Source: an uncultured Prevotellamassilia sp. (GTDB lineage Bacteria; Bacteroidota; Bacteroidia; Bacteroidales; Bacteroidaceae). From it: 64,000 bases of DNA. Shown here one piece after another: positions 40,331 through 55,532 of the stretch. The stretch spans positions 5,072 to 69,071 of the forward strand of contig CAKQOG010000011.1 of assembly GCA_934255485.1 (NCBI GenBank), read 5' to 3'. Within the stretch, counting starts at the first letter, position 1, and every line of letters starts with the position of its first letter. The translations under genes and the position numbers were made by a program. Under the pieces are notes generated by a model, which was given only the letters and a program-made list of their open reading frames with translations, did not search any database and was not told the origin of the DNA.

Positions 40331-41230
40331 ATGAAAAAAATTCGCGCTGCGATAGTTGGCTATGGTAACATTGGCCACTACACACTACAGGCTCTTGAAG
40401 CTGCTCCCGACTTTGAAGTAGCTGGTATCGTTCGCCGCAAAGGTAATGAGAATTGCCCTAATGAACTCCAAAAATACAATGTTGTAAAACACATCAGCGA
40501 ACTCACCGATGTTGATGTTGCTATTCTTGCCACTCCTACTCGTAGCGTTGAAAGCTATGCTAAGGAATGCTTGAGCCAAGGCATCAACACTGTGGATAGC
40601 TTTGACATCCACACTAAGATTGTAGACTTGCGTCGTTCGCTCAACGCCGTGGCTGAAGAACACAAAGTTGTAAGCATTATTTCGGCAGGTTGGGACCCAG
40701 GTTCTGACTCAGTAGTTCGCACTTTACTGCAAGCCATTGCGCCTAAGGGCATTACATACACCAACTTTGGTCCTGGTATGTCGATGGGACACACCGTGGC
40801 TGTTAAAGCTATTGAAGGCGTAAAGAAAGCACTCTCGATGACTATCCCAACTGGTACTGGCATTCACCGCCGTATGGTATATGTTGAGATTGAAGATGGT
40901 TATGACTTCGACAAGATCGCAACTGCTATCAAGCAAGATCCATATTTTGCTTCAGACGAAACACACGTTAATCTTGTGCCTTCAGTAGACGATGTTATCG
41001 ATATGGGACATGGCGTGAACCTTACTCGCAAGGGTGTAAGCGGCATCACTCAGAACCAACTCTTTGAGTTTAATATGCGCATTAACAATCCTGCTCTTAC
41101 GGGCCAAGTATTAGTATGCGTGGCACGCGCTTCTATGAAGCAACGCCCTGGTTGCTACACCATGATAGAAATCCCCGTTATCGACCTATTGCCAGGCGAC
41201 CGTGAGGATAACATCCGCCACTTGGTATAA
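40331..41230 (+). CDS. ddh: meso-Diaminopimelate D-dehydrogenase
   Basis: KIRAAIVGYGNIG Rossmann motif; 299 aa. Confidence 0.8.
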   Translation: MKKIRAAIVGYGNIGHYTLQALEAAPDFEVAGIVRRKGNENCPNELQKYNVVKHISELTDVDVAILATPTRSVESYAKECLSQGINTVDSFDIHTKIVDLRRSLNAVAEEHKVVSIISAGWDPGSDSVVRTLLQAIAPKGITYTNFGPGMSMGHTVAVKAIEGVKKALSMTIPTGTGIHRRMVYVEIEDGYDFDKIATAIKQDPYFASDETHVNLVPSVDDVIDMGHGVNLTRKGVSGITQNQLFEFNMRINNPALTGQVLVCVARASMKQRPGCYTMIEIPVIDLLPGDREDNIRHLV

Positions 41231-41251
41231 AAAAATCAGTAAGCACAATAT

Positions 41252-41294
41252 AAAATCGGTTGGTACATGCTATATGTGCCAACCGATTTTATTT
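41252..41294 (+). terminator. Rho-independent terminator after ddh
   Basis: AAAATCGGTTGGTACATG...CATGTGCCAACCGATTTTATTT. Confidence 0.65.
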
Positions 41295-41410
41295 GTAGAT
41301 GATTTTAAAAATTACTAATTCACAACGTCACCTCTTGCATGCAATAGCATTATGCCTTACCTTTGCCCCAAGAGATTATTCTGCATAAGTATCAACTAAA
41401 TTTATTGATT

Positions 41411-42118
41411 ATGAAAAACTATCGAATTGAAGCCATTATTCTAACCATTGGCTTATCACTTATGGGCTTATTTATCTATTTTGGTCTTGCTTCTTTTTCG
41501 GCTAAAGACCGTGTTGTGAGTGTTAGAGGACTTGCTGAACGCGAGATGAAAGCCGATCGTGTGAATTGGCCCGTTGTATACAAAACTACAGGCAACGACC
41601 TACAAACCATCTACACACAGCTAAACAACGTAAATAACGGCATTGTTAAGTTCCTTGTTTCAAATGGCATTCCACAAGCAGACATAAGTATTAACGCACC
41701 ATCAATAGTAGACTTAAAAGCAGACCGATACGCCTCTGAAACAGACCGCACACGCGACCGATACAATGTGACAAGCATTATTATGGTCACTTCGTCACAC
41801 GTTGAAGAAGCACGTAAACTTATGCCCAGAATGGGCGAGCTACTAAAGCAAGGCATAGCTATCTCTGCGGGCGACTACGATAGTAAAGTTCAATATGAAT
41901 TTACGAGTTTAAACAAAGTAAAACCACAAATGATTGAAGAGGCCACCAAGAATGCAAGAGAAGCTGCAATCAAATTTTCAAACGATTCGAATAGTAAAAT
42001 CGGCAAAATCAAGACTGCCTCACAAGGATTATTTACAATTGAAGATCGCGATCAATACACACCTTATATAAAGAAGGTGAGAGTTGTTACTTCAATAGAC
42101 TATTTTGTGGAAAACTAA
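41411..42118 (+). CDS. SIMPL (DUF541) domain protein, secreted or periplasmic
   Basis: N-terminal TM/signal, SIMPL-like length and pattern; the start was set at MKNYRIEAI. Confidence 0.5.
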   Translation: MKNYRIEAIILTIGLSLMGLFIYFGLASFSAKDRVVSVRGLAEREMKADRVNWPVVYKTTGNDLQTIYTQLNNVNNGIVKFLVSNGIPQADISINAPSIVDLKADRYASETDRTRDRYNVTSIIMVTSSHVEEARKLMPRMGELLKQGIAISAGDYDSKVQYEFTSLNKVKPQMIEEATKNAREAAIKFSNDSNSKIGKIKTASQGLFTIEDRDQYTPYIKKVRVVTSIDYFVEN

Positions 42119-42184
42119 AGGCTTGTTTTTCAGAAGAAATACAGGGAATGTTGGATACATTATTTGAGAGTTTAATCATAAAAA

Positions 42185-42219
42185 TTAATGGAGGCGTCGT
42201 CTCTACGAGCCTCCATTAA
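42185..42219. terminator. Bidirectional hairpin between the SIMPL gene (+) and aroC (-)
   Basis: TTAATGGAGGC...GCCTCCATTAA; the minus-strand side is followed by a TTTTT run. Confidence 0.5.
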
Positions 42220-42359
42220 CCAACACAAAAACTAAACTAGACTTAACTAAACTATTTAATAGCGTTATCATCACGACAACTTGATACTGCAAATATATAA
42301 TAATGTTATTTACAAACCAAGAATTTGCAAAGAAAAGTTTGCAAAATTTTAGTTTTTCT

Positions 42360-43433
42360 TTATTTTATCGTTTTATCTAACATTATATTGTCGAGAATAA
42401 CCATGGCCGCCATTGCTTCTACAATAGGCACCGCTCGTGGCAACACGCATGGATCGTGACGTCCACGAGCTTTTAATATTGTTGGATTTCCGTTTTTATC
42501 AACAGTTTGTTGCTCTCGCAAAAGCGTTGCTACAGGCTTAAATGCCACACGAAAATAAATATCCTGACCATTACTAAGCCCTCCTTGAATACCTCCACTA
42601 TGGTTGGTGCGAGTGGTTATGCCACCATTACCATCGGGTATGAAAATATCATTTTGTTCACTACCTCTTGCCGTAACTCCAGCAAAGCCCTCGCCATACT
42701 CAAAACCTTTTACTGCATTGATGCTAAGCATAGCCGCACCTAGTTGTGCATGCAGTTTGCCAAATACAGGGTCGCCCAAACCTACAGGGCATCCTTTAAT
42801 AACAGCGGTTATCACCCCTCCTATTGTATCACCATCAGCCTTGACATCAGCTATAAGCTGCGCCATTTTCTCAGCAGTTTCCTTGTCTGGACAGCGCACG
42901 GGGTTTTTCTCTATATTATTGAAATCATAGTCTTTATAATCTCCACTAAGTGCTATATTACCTACTTGAGAGGTATATGCTATGATTTGAATACCTTTAT
43001 CGCGTAAGGCCATTTTAGCAAATGCACCTCCAACAACACGCGCAATTGTTTCGCGTGCAGATGTTCGTCCTCCCCCTCTGTGGTCGCGTATGCCATATTT
43101 GCATTGGTAAGTAAAATCGGCATGCGACGGACGGAACACATCGCGCATATTGTCATAATCGTTTGAATGTTGGTTTTCGTTGGGCACAAAAAAACCTATG
43201 GGGCAACCAGTTGTAATCCCCTCGAATATGCCCGAGAGTATTTGCACTTTATCGCTTTCTTTACGCGCAGTGGTCAAGTTGCTTTGTCCTGGCTTGCGTC
43301 GGTCGAGTTCAAATTGCAAGAAATCTAAATCCACCTTTACTCCTGCGGGCATACCATCTATCACACCCCCGATGCCAGCTCCATGACTCTCACCAAAAGT
43401 TGTCAAACGAAATATATTGCCAAATGTGTTCAT
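42360..43433 (-). CDS. aroC: Chorismate synthase
   Basis: [19 protein letters not shown]-terminus, plus the GRHDPC motif. Confidence 0.9.
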   Translation of the reverse strand: MNTFGNIFRLTTFGESHGAGIGGVIDGMPAGVKVDLDFLQFELDRRKPGQSNLTTARKESDKVQILSGIFEGITTGCPIGFFVPNENQHSNDYDNMRDVFRPSHADFTYQCKYGIRDHRGGGRTSARETIARVVGGAFAKMALRDKGIQIIAYTSQVGNIALSGDYKDYDFNNIEKNPVRCPDKETAEKMAQLIADVKADGDTIGGVITAVIKGCPVGLGDPVFGKLHAQLGAAMLSINAVKGFEYGEGFAGVTARGSEQNDIFIPDGNGGITTRTNHSGGIQGGLSNGQDIYFRVAFKPVATLLREQQTVDKNGNPTILKARGRHDPCVLPRAVPIVEAMAAMVILDNIMLDKTIK

Positions 43434-43544
43434 TATTATCAGTTTGTTTCTAATATTGCTATGTGTTGATGTTTTATGGTCGTAAATAGTAAATAGGTAT
43501 TCAAACAAACATTTTGAATACCTATTTGCTTACTCTTTTAGAGA

Positions 43545-44168
43545 TTAGTGATTGTGGCAGCAACCTTCACCATGTTCATGGTGATGACCACCGCAACATC
43601 CGCCTTCGCCATGTTCATGGCAGTCGCCGTGGCATCCACCTTCGCCACCACAGCCACTGCAACCGCCCTCGCCACTCATCATGTTGGCAAGTTCTTTAAT
43701 CTCGTCGTCAGTGGCATCACGCATTACTACAACATGTCCCTTAAAGTGGAGGTCCTTGCCTGAAAGTGGGTGATTAAGGTCTATTATTATGGTGTTATCT
43801 TTCACCTCAAGCACCAATCCGTTAAAACGTATACCGTCTGCATTAACCAATGGGAGCACTGCACCAGGATATACCATATCTTTGTCGAACTTACCATTTA
43901 TGCTGAAAGTTTCCTTTGGAAGTTCTATTACATGATCTTGTTCGTAAGGACCATAAGCCTCATCTTGTTTCAACACAAAATCAAAGTTCTCACCTTCGGC
44001 TAAAGCAAGTATTTTATCCTCGAAACTATCGAGTGTAAAGCCCATACCAGAAATAAACTGAAAAGGATGTTCTGCGGGAGCTTTTTCTACAAGTTCGTGA
44101 ATACCTTTTTCATTATCTGCAAAGAGTTCGTATGCTACGGTTACATACTTGTGTGGAGTTTGTTCCAT
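43545..44168 (-). CDS. slyD: FKBP-type peptidyl-prolyl isomerase SlyD-like with Cys/His-rich metal-binding tail
   Basis: FKBP + IF (insert-in-flap) domain; C-terminal GGCSGCGGEGGCHGDCHEHGEGGCCGGHHHEHGEGCCHNH. Confidence 0.8.
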   Translation of the reverse strand: MEQTPHKYVTVAYELFADNEKGIHELVEKAPAEHPFQFISGMGFTLDSFEDKILALAEGENFDFVLKQDEAYGPYEQDHVIELPKETFSINGKFDKDMVYPGAVLPLVNADGIRFNGLVLEVKDNTIIIDLNHPLSGKDLHFKGHVVVMRDATDDEIKELANMMSGEGGCSGCGGEGGCHGDCHEHGEGGCCGGHHHEHGEGCCHNH

Positions 44169-44232
44169 GTACTTATATATATTTTAATTGTCTGTATTTA
44201 GGGTTGCTTATAAAGTTATGTTTCGTTTGTTC

Positions 44233-46107
44233 TTATGCCAACTCAAGGTCGAGTTCCTTACGAAGCATTTCAAGTTCGGGCGAACGCTTCAGCATATCTT
44301 TATATTGTTCCAAACGGCTAAATGCTCTGTGTGAAGAGTTATTGGCCACAATATTTATTTGCAAAGCAATATAATCGTTTCGCAACTGCGTACGTAGGTA
44401 GCTAATCAAAGCCACTTGCTCTTTGTGCAAATAATCAGCAACCATATCGTTCTCAACATCTACACTTACCCTCCAAGTTGTTGTATCAACAATTGGATGC
44501 ATGGCCTTCATGCGTTCGCTCATAGCTCTTTTAGTTGCAGGCAATTGCTGCGCATATCTAAACCAATAATAAGTAAGTCGGTCGTTATCAAACAGATTTT
44601 GCTCTCGTTGTCCTTGTGCCAATGATGTACTGGTTTGTTGCATATTGTTGCTCTGCAACCTTGTTGAACCCTCACTCTGAGCATTTGGTGCAGAGGCATG
44701 AAGTTGCTGCTGAAGACTTCGCAACGAAATGGTTTGAGCAGGACGTCCGTGATACTTGGTAGAGGCTGATGCCGCAGCCGAAAGTGCAGCATACGTAGAC
44801 TGTGGCGAAGCGTTTGATGCACCTTGTTGTTGTGGTGCTTGTGCTGCAGATACATTACCCTTTTGCGCCATTGAGTTAGTACGGATGCCCCTTGTGGCAT
44901 TATTAGCCGCATTTGCCGCACTGATTGGTTGCTGCGGTGCTGCAACAACATTTTTAAATATGGGTTTTAGTCGTCGTATAGGGCGACGCCCACAACCCAC
45001 ATCTTCATCCTCGCCCGTTGCTGCTTGCGCCACTTCGATAAGCGTAAGTTCAACAAGCAACCGCTTGTTTTGCGAGGAATTATAGTGCATATCGCAATTG
45101 CTACACAACTTAAGAGCACGATAGAGCAGTTTAGGGTTGCATTGCATAGCTTGTTGGTGATAGCGTTGGCGAACTTGGTCGCTTACATCCAATAGCGGAA
45201 GCGTTTGTTCGTCACGACTCATCAGCAGATTGCGGAAATGAGATGCCAAACCACCTATAAAATAGTTCCCTTCAAATCCTTTAGCCAAAATATCATTGAG
45301 CGTAGTCATTGCTTTAGGGATATCACCTTTTATCAATGTGTCTGTCATGCTGAAATAGGTATCATAGTCAAGCACATTGAGGTCTTCTATTACCTTTTTA
45401 TAAGTGATGTTACCTTCGCAATAACTTGCCACTTGGTCGAATATAGATAGCGCATCGCGCATACCTCCATCGGCCTTTTCTGCAATCACGTGCAAGGCCT
45501 CAGGTTCATATTTAATGCCCTCTTTGCCTGCCACATATTCAAGGTGCTTAATCGTATCCTTCAATGTAATACGAGCAAAATCAAATATTTGGCAACGACT
45601 TAATATCGTAGGCAATATTGCGTGCTTCTCTGTTGTAGCAAGCACAAATATGGCATGAGCTGGTGGTTCTTCGAGTGTTTTAAGGAAAGCATTGAATGCT
45701 GCTGTTGAGAGCATATGCACCTCATCGATAATAAACACCTTGTAGCGTCCTACCTGAGGGGGTATCTGCACCTGCTCTATCAGTCCTCTTACATCTTCTA
45801 CACCATTATTCGATGCTGCATCAAGCTCATGGATATTAAATGAGCGTTGCTCATTAAATGCTTTGCAACTTTCGCATTCATTGCAAGCCTCGCCATCGGG
45901 AGTAGGCGACATGCAGTTGATGGTTTTAGCAAATATACGTGCACATGTGGTTTTTCCCACACCACGTGGTCCACAAAACAAATAGGCGTGAGCCAACTTG
46001 CCTTGTGCTATCGCATTTTTTAGCGTAGTGGTCAGAGCATGCTGTCCCACTACACTATCAAACGTCATCGGACGATATTTTCGTGCAGATACAATGTAGT
46101 TTTCCAT
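44233..46107 (-). CDS. dnaX: DNA polymerase III subunit gamma/tau
   Basis: GPRGVGKTTCARIFAK Walker A, clamp-loader motifs, low-complexity Gln/Ala/Ser linker. Confidence 0.9.
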   Translation of the reverse strand: MENYIVSARKYRPMTFDSVVGQHALTTTLKNAIAQGKLAHAYLFCGPRGVGKTTCARIFAKTINCMSPTPDGEACNECESCKAFNEQRSFNIHELDAASNNGVEDVRGLIEQVQIPPQVGRYKVFIIDEVHMLSTAAFNAFLKTLEEPPAHAIFVLATTEKHAILPTILSRCQIFDFARITLKDTIKHLEYVAGKEGIKYEPEALHVIAEKADGGMRDALSIFDQVASYCEGNITYKKVIEDLNVLDYDTYFSMTDTLIKGDIPKAMTTLNDILAKGFEGNYFIGGLASHFRNLLMSRDEQTLPLLDVSDQVRQRYHQQAMQCNPKLLYRALKLCSNCDMHYNSSQNKRLLVELTLIEVAQAATGEDEDVGCGRRPIRRLKPIFKNVVAAPQQPISAANAANNATRGIRTNSMAQKGNVSAAQAPQQQGASNASPQSTYAALSAAASASTKYHGRPAQTISLRSLQQQLHASAPNAQSEGSTRLQSNNMQQTSTSLAQGQREQNLFDNDRLTYYWFRYAQQLPATKRAMSERMKAMHPIVDTTTWRVSVDVENDMVADYLHKEQVALISYLRTQLRNDYIALQINIVANNSSHRAFSRLEQYKDMLKRSPELEMLRKELDLELA

Positions 46108-46390
46108 TTCCTAAAAACAATGATGTAGCAAAGGTAATGTTTTTTTTGTATTTATCGCACGAAGTCCTTGGCATTTCAGCATAAGTGTTTTGCTTTCAAA
46201 GGGTTGATAAATGACAATAGTTCGTCTTATACATGACAAATTTGCCTTTTTATCGTCAATTTGGCCACTACCACACATCGATAAGCATTGGCACATAAGT
46301 TGCGAAAAACAAGGGTGAAAGTCAAAGTCAATAAGACAATGGCAATAAACGATAATAATTAAATTCAAATATAATTGGAGGTTTAACACT

Positions 46391-46846
46391 ATGTTGATAG
46401 TTCGCAGAAATAATTACAACAATTGGTTGAATAACTTATTTAATGACGCATTCTTCAACACCGACATTGCACCACAAGTTCAAGTTACAGCTCCAGCCAT
46501 TAACGTGAAAGAGACGCATCACGAATACGTAATGGAAATGGCTGTGCCTGGTTTGAAAAAAGAATGGGTTCGTGTTAATATCACCGATGATGGCTTGCTC
46601 CATGTAGCCATTGAAAATAAGATGGAACATAAAGAAGAAAAGAAATCTAACCCAGAGGAACACCACGAGCACTACTTGCGTCGTGAGTTTTCATACGGCA
46701 ACTACGAACAAAGTTACACATTGCCCGATGATGTTAATCGTGATAAAGTAAGTGCAAGCATTGCCGACGGCATACTCACCATTGTTATGCCTAAAAATGC
46801 TCCAGAGCAAGAAACTAAAGTATTGAAGAATATTGAAATAAAATAG
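46391..46846 (+). CDS. Hsp20/alpha-crystallin small heat-shock protein
   Basis: Alpha-crystallin domain ending LTIVMPK with C-terminal I-x-I-like motif; 151 aa. Confidence 0.85.
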   Translation: MLIVRRNNYNNWLNNLFNDAFFNTDIAPQVQVTAPAINVKETHHEYVMEMAVPGLKKEWVRVNITDDGLLHVAIENKMEHKEEKKSNPEEHHEHYLRREFSYGNYEQSYTLPDDVNRDKVSASIADGILTIVMPKNAPEQETKVLKNIEIK

Positions 46847-46879
46847 TTGGCATACAACAAGCAACTATTTATAGCACTT

Positions 46880-46927
46880 AAAAGGTTGGTAACAAGCATA
46901 TAATAGGTTTGTTACCAACCTTTTTTG
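46880..46927 (+). terminator. Rho-independent terminator after hsp20
   Basis: AAAAGGTTGGTAACAA...TTGTTACCAACCTTTTTTG. Confidence 0.65.
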
Positions 46928-46966
46928 TTATACAATTTTTATATCTGCATGCAAAAACAACGTTAA

Positions 46967-51457
<4,491 letters not shown>

Positions 51458-51494
51458 ACTAAAGCCGTGCTTAAGCACGCAGAAATGTACGACA

Positions 51495-51535
51495 AAGATC
51501 CCTGTTCACGCATGTGTGAATAGGGATCTTTTATT
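51495..51535 (+). terminator. Rho-independent terminator after the GH2 gene
   Basis: AAAGATCCCT...AGGGATCTTTTATT. Confidence 0.6.
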
Positions 51536-51692
51536 GGTGAATAGTCCTATAAATATGTTGGACAACTTACTTAAGCCACGCTTATTAACTCTCATATATA
51601 CACAAAGAAGAGGCAATCTATCCTTTTACGATAAATTGTCTCTTCATTATATTACTAACCATGTGCAAGCACAAGTTAGTTATTCTCTATTG

Positions 51693-52838
51693 TTATTCAG
51701 CATTCTGAATAGTGCAGATGCTTACACGGTTCCAATCGTTCTCAGAGAACATATTGCCAACGCCTTGACCCTCAGCAAAGATGCGGCTTGAAGCAATGCC
51801 ATACTTATTAACAAGGATGGTCTTAACTGCCTCTGCACGAGCAAGTGCTATCTTAGCATTAATTTCGGCGCTACCCTCTGGCGAAGCGTACCCCTTAATT
51901 GATACAGTACTCTTCTTGTGGTTCTTCAAGAAGGTAGCAATGCGTTCTACGTTAGGAAGTTGTGATGCATCAACAGTGCTCTTGCCTTGACGGAAGGTAA
52001 CAGTTTGTTCCAAGCTATTAGTACTACGTGTGATAGTCTTAATAATCTCGTTAGGCTTTTGATTACGTGCATCGTTGAGTTGTTGTTGCAAATCACGAGC
52101 ATTGGCAGCAAGTTTAGCTATCTGTGCATCTTTATCGTTCACTTGTGAACGGAGGTCGTTTACTTTTGCATTCAAGCCATCAACCTCTGCTTGGTCATAA
52201 ACCTTAACAAAAGTCATGTAATGCTTGCCATTGCTGTGGTTCTTAAAGTGGTAAGTTACACCTGCAAGCATCTCAATAGCGCTTTGGTTCACGTTGTAAC
52301 CAAGCTCCTTATTAGCGTGCTTATTCATGTTGTAAACGATAGCAGGCTTCAACGAAACTGTCCATGCCTTGAGTTGGCCCAAGTTAAAGTTTAAATTTAA
52401 GCCATACTTAGAGGTGAGATAGCTAACATCGAGGCCCATTGAGCTATTATAGTAATCGTGTCCCCAACCTGCACCGATAGCAGCTTCAACTTCGAACAAG
52501 CGAGGCTTACCCTTATAGCCACATATAGCGTTTGAAAGGTTTACTCTTGCTATCAAAGATAAGTTTGTAGCATCAACAACATTGGCACTTGGTGTTACCT
52601 TGGCAGCAGCTGTAAGCTGACCAGTAAAGCCTAAGATTGGAGTAACTTGCTTGCTGAGTTCAACACCTGCTACAGGCTTTATGCCTTTAAAAAACTTGGT
52701 GTGGCTTGTTTTTAGAATACCTCCACCCACTACACCTACCGACCAATTGTCGAAAAATCGAGAACCTTGAACTGACTTTTGAGCTCCAGCAGTGAGTACC
52801 GCTGCGCTCATAGCTGCAATAGTTATAATTCTTTTCAT
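51693..52838 (-). CDS. OmpA-family outer-membrane protein (N-terminal barrel, coiled-coil linker, C-terminal OmpA peptidoglycan-binding domain)
   Basis: Signal peptide; an Ala/Gln-rich coiled coil; C-terminus ...IKGYASPEGSAEINAKIALARAEAV... (OmpA_C-like). Confidence 0.7.
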   Translation of the reverse strand: MKRIITIAAMSAAVLTAGAQKSVQGSRFFDNWSVGVVGGGILKTSHTKFFKGIKPVAGVELSKQVTPILGFTGQLTAAAKVTPSANVVDATNLSLIARVNLSNAICGYKGKPRLFEVEAAIGAGWGHDYYNSSMGLDVSYLTSKYGLNLNFNLGQLKAWTVSLKPAIVYNMNKHANKELGYNVNQSAIEMLAGVTYHFKNHSNGKHYMTFVKVYDQAEVDGLNAKVNDLRSQVNDKDAQIAKLAANARDLQQQLNDARNQKPNEIIKTITRSTNSLEQTVTFRQGKSTVDASQLPNVERIATFLKNHKKSTVSIKGYASPEGSAEINAKIALARAEAVKTILVNKYGIASSRIFAEGQGVGNMFSENDWNRVSICTIQNAE

Positions 52839-53157
52839 TGTGAATGATATAATAATAAATAATTGTTTTAAAGTACATCTCTATTAATTGCACTGCAAAG
52901 AATATGCCATCATGTATAATATTCTTATACAATCTTTAAAAACTTGAATATGCAAAAGTAAGCAAAAATTTCTCATTCTATCTCAAAAAACGTTCTTCTG
53001 GTGTAAAAAAAAGTCATAAAATAACAATAAAACATAGCCTTGCTTTGCCAATCCAAAGCATTCTTTTATATTTGCGTTACGAATGAAAAATACTTGTCAA
53101 TAGGTGTTTTACATACGTATAAACATATTCATTAAACAAAATAAAAAGCATTATCCC

Positions 53158-53490
53158 ATGGAAAATCAAGAACAGAACGACGGTCAGTTGAAGATTGAAC
53201 TTACTCCTGAAGTAGCAGAAGGCATCTACGCAAACCTTGCTATCATCACTCACTCAAGCGCTGAAGTAGTTATGGACTTTATCCGTGTGCTTCCTGGTGT
53301 ACCCAAGGCTAACGTTAAGAGCCGTATCATCCTTGCACCCGAACATGCAAAGCGTTTGCTCTTTGCTCTTCAAGACAACATTGTAAAATATGAAAAGGCA
53401 TTTGGCACTATCAACCTTCCTGGTGCAGAAGCTGCTCCTCAAGGTGGTCGCACTGCCACTCCTTTCGGTGTACCCGAGGGGAACGCTTAA
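53158..53490 (+). CDS. DUF3467-like small protein
   Basis: KIELTPEVAEGIYANLAIITHSSAEVVMDF pattern; the start was set at MENQEQ. Confidence 0.4.
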   Translation: MENQEQNDGQLKIELTPEVAEGIYANLAIITHSSAEVVMDFIRVLPGVPKANVKSRIILAPEHAKRLLFALQDNIVKYEKAFGTINLPGAEAAPQGGRTATPFGVPEGNA

Positions 53491-53526
53491 TCTGTAGCTG
53501 ACCCAACATTCATTTTCGATAAAATA

Positions 53527-53565
53527 AAGCCGTATGAGTCCAAACGCTTATACGGCTATTTTTGT
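53527..53565 (+). terminator. Rho-independent terminator
   Basis: AAGCCGTATGAG...CTTATACGGCTATTTTTG. Confidence 0.6.
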
Positions 53566-53793
53566 TGTTCTACCCCTTGTTTTATTCCACATAGTATACA
53601 TATGAAGCATTTTATACAATCTTATCGCTTTGATATATAAATACATATCAAAATAATCTGTATATTTGCCAAGTAAGCATATCATAATGCATTATCTAAA
53701 AATCTAAAGGCTCATTCTCATGCCAATATTTAATGATGTTTAGCCTTTATTGTCAGAATCTTTATAAACCTTAATTATTAACACTTCATTGTC

Positions 53794-55173
53794 ATGAAAA
53801 AACATTTTATTTACCTCTTAGTTGCCAGTATGACATTGGCAGGCACATCTACTTTATTCACCTCGTGTGGCGATGATGACCCTACTCCTGAGGCACCCTC
53901 AACCCCCGACGACCCAGGTAACACACCTACACCAAGCAATCCCGAAGGCAATAAAAAGCTCAATAGTGTAGAGCAAAAACAAAAGCTTGAGAGCATTGCC
54001 AAAGCCTTTATGGGTGAAGTTAAAGCCAACAACTTTACACAACTAACAGACTTGGCAAACTATTGTTATGACCATTATATCGACAACGATGACTTCGACA
54101 ATGATGTTGTCACAACATGGTTTAACGATGCGCTTAATGCTTCAAGTAGCTTGGTTAAGAGTAATATAACAACAGAGAAGGGCTCTTGGTATACTTCGGT
54201 TTACAACTACAAGTACTACAACCGCGTAATATTGCTTTCAAACTTTACCGGAAAGTTCACTGCACAAAAGCAATCTTGGAAAAAAGAGAAGGCCGACAAC
54301 TTGCAATTTAATTTTACTGACCAAGACGGAAAGGCATGCAACATTACGGTAACATCTTTAGGCAATACAAAGAAGGCTCATATCACAGACTCTGAAGATT
54401 GGGATAGTGACTATGATGATGCAAACAACATCTACAATCAGTACATTGATGAATATAAGGAGTACCTCATGGTGCCCGAGCAGATTGTTATTACACTCAC
54501 GCAAGGCGGTGTTAAACAAGTAGAAACCATTGTAAACATTGACCATAGTGCATTTACTGGTCCCGAGGTAGACCTATCTAAAGATGGGTTGGTAACAAAC
54601 GCTACCGTCAAAATAGCAAACTTTACGTGGTGTGTACAACGCGCCGAATACTCTGCTAAAAACCATAAGGCAAGTGTCAGTGGCTACATGAAGAAAGGCG
54701 ATACCACCCTATTTACGTTTGCTGCCGATGCCAATGGTGTTGATGCTACAAACGAGTCGCTCAACAATGCGGGTGCGGCATCTGTTAACTTCGACCTCTT
54801 GGGACAAATGCAAATTAAAGGCACTTGTTCTAACGTGAAAGCCTATTCCGACCTTATAAATAAGGCTGATGATAACGACAAAAACGAGACCTTGTTTAAG
54901 AGTTACATTAACCAAGCTAATGAGCTATTAGACGTTAATGTGTTCTACGACAAAGGCTCTGTGCGTCAAGCAAACATGAAACTCATGGCATTCGAGGAGA
55001 AAAATCCATGGAATTCTGCTTACAATTATTGGTATGCTGAACCTGTTATCAACTTTGACGATGGAACCTCTTATTCTACCTTCAATGCCTATTTCAACGA
55101 GAGTGATTTCCGCTCTGTTATCGACCTATTTAATAGTTTGATTGAAGGGTACGAAAACCTTTTTGACAAATAG
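53794..55173 (+). CDS. Hypothetical lipoprotein (Asp/Asn-rich, 459 aa)
   Basis: Signal + lipobox LFTSCGDDDPTPEAP and a Pro-rich linker. No catalytic motif recognised. Confidence 0.4.
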   Translation: MKKHFIYLLVASMTLAGTSTLFTSCGDDDPTPEAPSTPDDPGNTPTPSNPEGNKKLNSVEQKQKLESIAKAFMGEVKANNFTQLTDLANYCYDHYIDNDDFDNDVVTTWFNDALNASSSLVKSNITTEKGSWYTSVYNYKYYNRVILLSNFTGKFTAQKQSWKKEKADNLQFNFTDQDGKACNITVTSLGNTKKAHITDSEDWDSDYDDANNIYNQYIDEYKEYLMVPEQIVITLTQGGVKQVETIVNIDHSAFTGPEVDLSKDGLVTNATVKIANFTWCVQRAEYSAKNHKASVSGYMKKGDTTLFTFAADANGVDATNESLNNAGAASVNFDLLGQMQIKGTCSNVKAYSDLINKADDNDKNETLFKSYINQANELLDVNVFYDKGSVRQANMKLMAFEEKNPWNSAYNYWYAEPVINFDDGTSYSTFNAYFNESDFRSVIDLFNSLIEGYENLFDK

Positions 55174-55282
55174 TTAAACCTCCTATTATCGCATACAATC
55201 TGCATAAATAGGTGTTTAAAATCAAATAAAAGTAAGTAAGTGAACAAATTAAATTAGAAAAGAATAAGGTTTACGACCTGTG

Positions 55283-55417
55283 CCTTTCTATTTTAATTTT
55301 GTCCACTTACTTAAACCATTTTAGAACTATTGTGAAATACTTGAAGATATTTTTATTACTTATTTTTGCATGGCTTACATTTGGAGCTTTTGCTTAAAAA
55401 TTTTGTCCACATACTTA
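55283..55417. repeat. Direct repeat pair AATTTTGTCCACWTACTTAA (55283, 55395) bracketing a degenerate copy of the downstream gene's 5' end
   Basis: 55318-55395 would translate as ...RTIVKYLKIFLLLIFAWLTFGAFA*. This resembles the true N-terminus MLRIFFTYMLLLFAWLSPFACLA of the 55533 gene. Confidence 0.6.
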
Positions 55418-55532
55418 ATCTCTATTTTTATCTAAAATAAAATCATTAGCTACTTAGCAAGTTTTGCAAGAGAAGGATACCCCTTTGCAAAACTTGTGTT
55501 TTTTCATCAACAACTTACCAACCTAAAGCCTC

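Noticed and set aside
46141-46150. Poly-T(9) tract between dnaX and hsp20 as a phase-variation switch
   Set aside because: It lies in a divergent promoter region with no coding consequence, and nothing beyond the homopolymer supports the idea.
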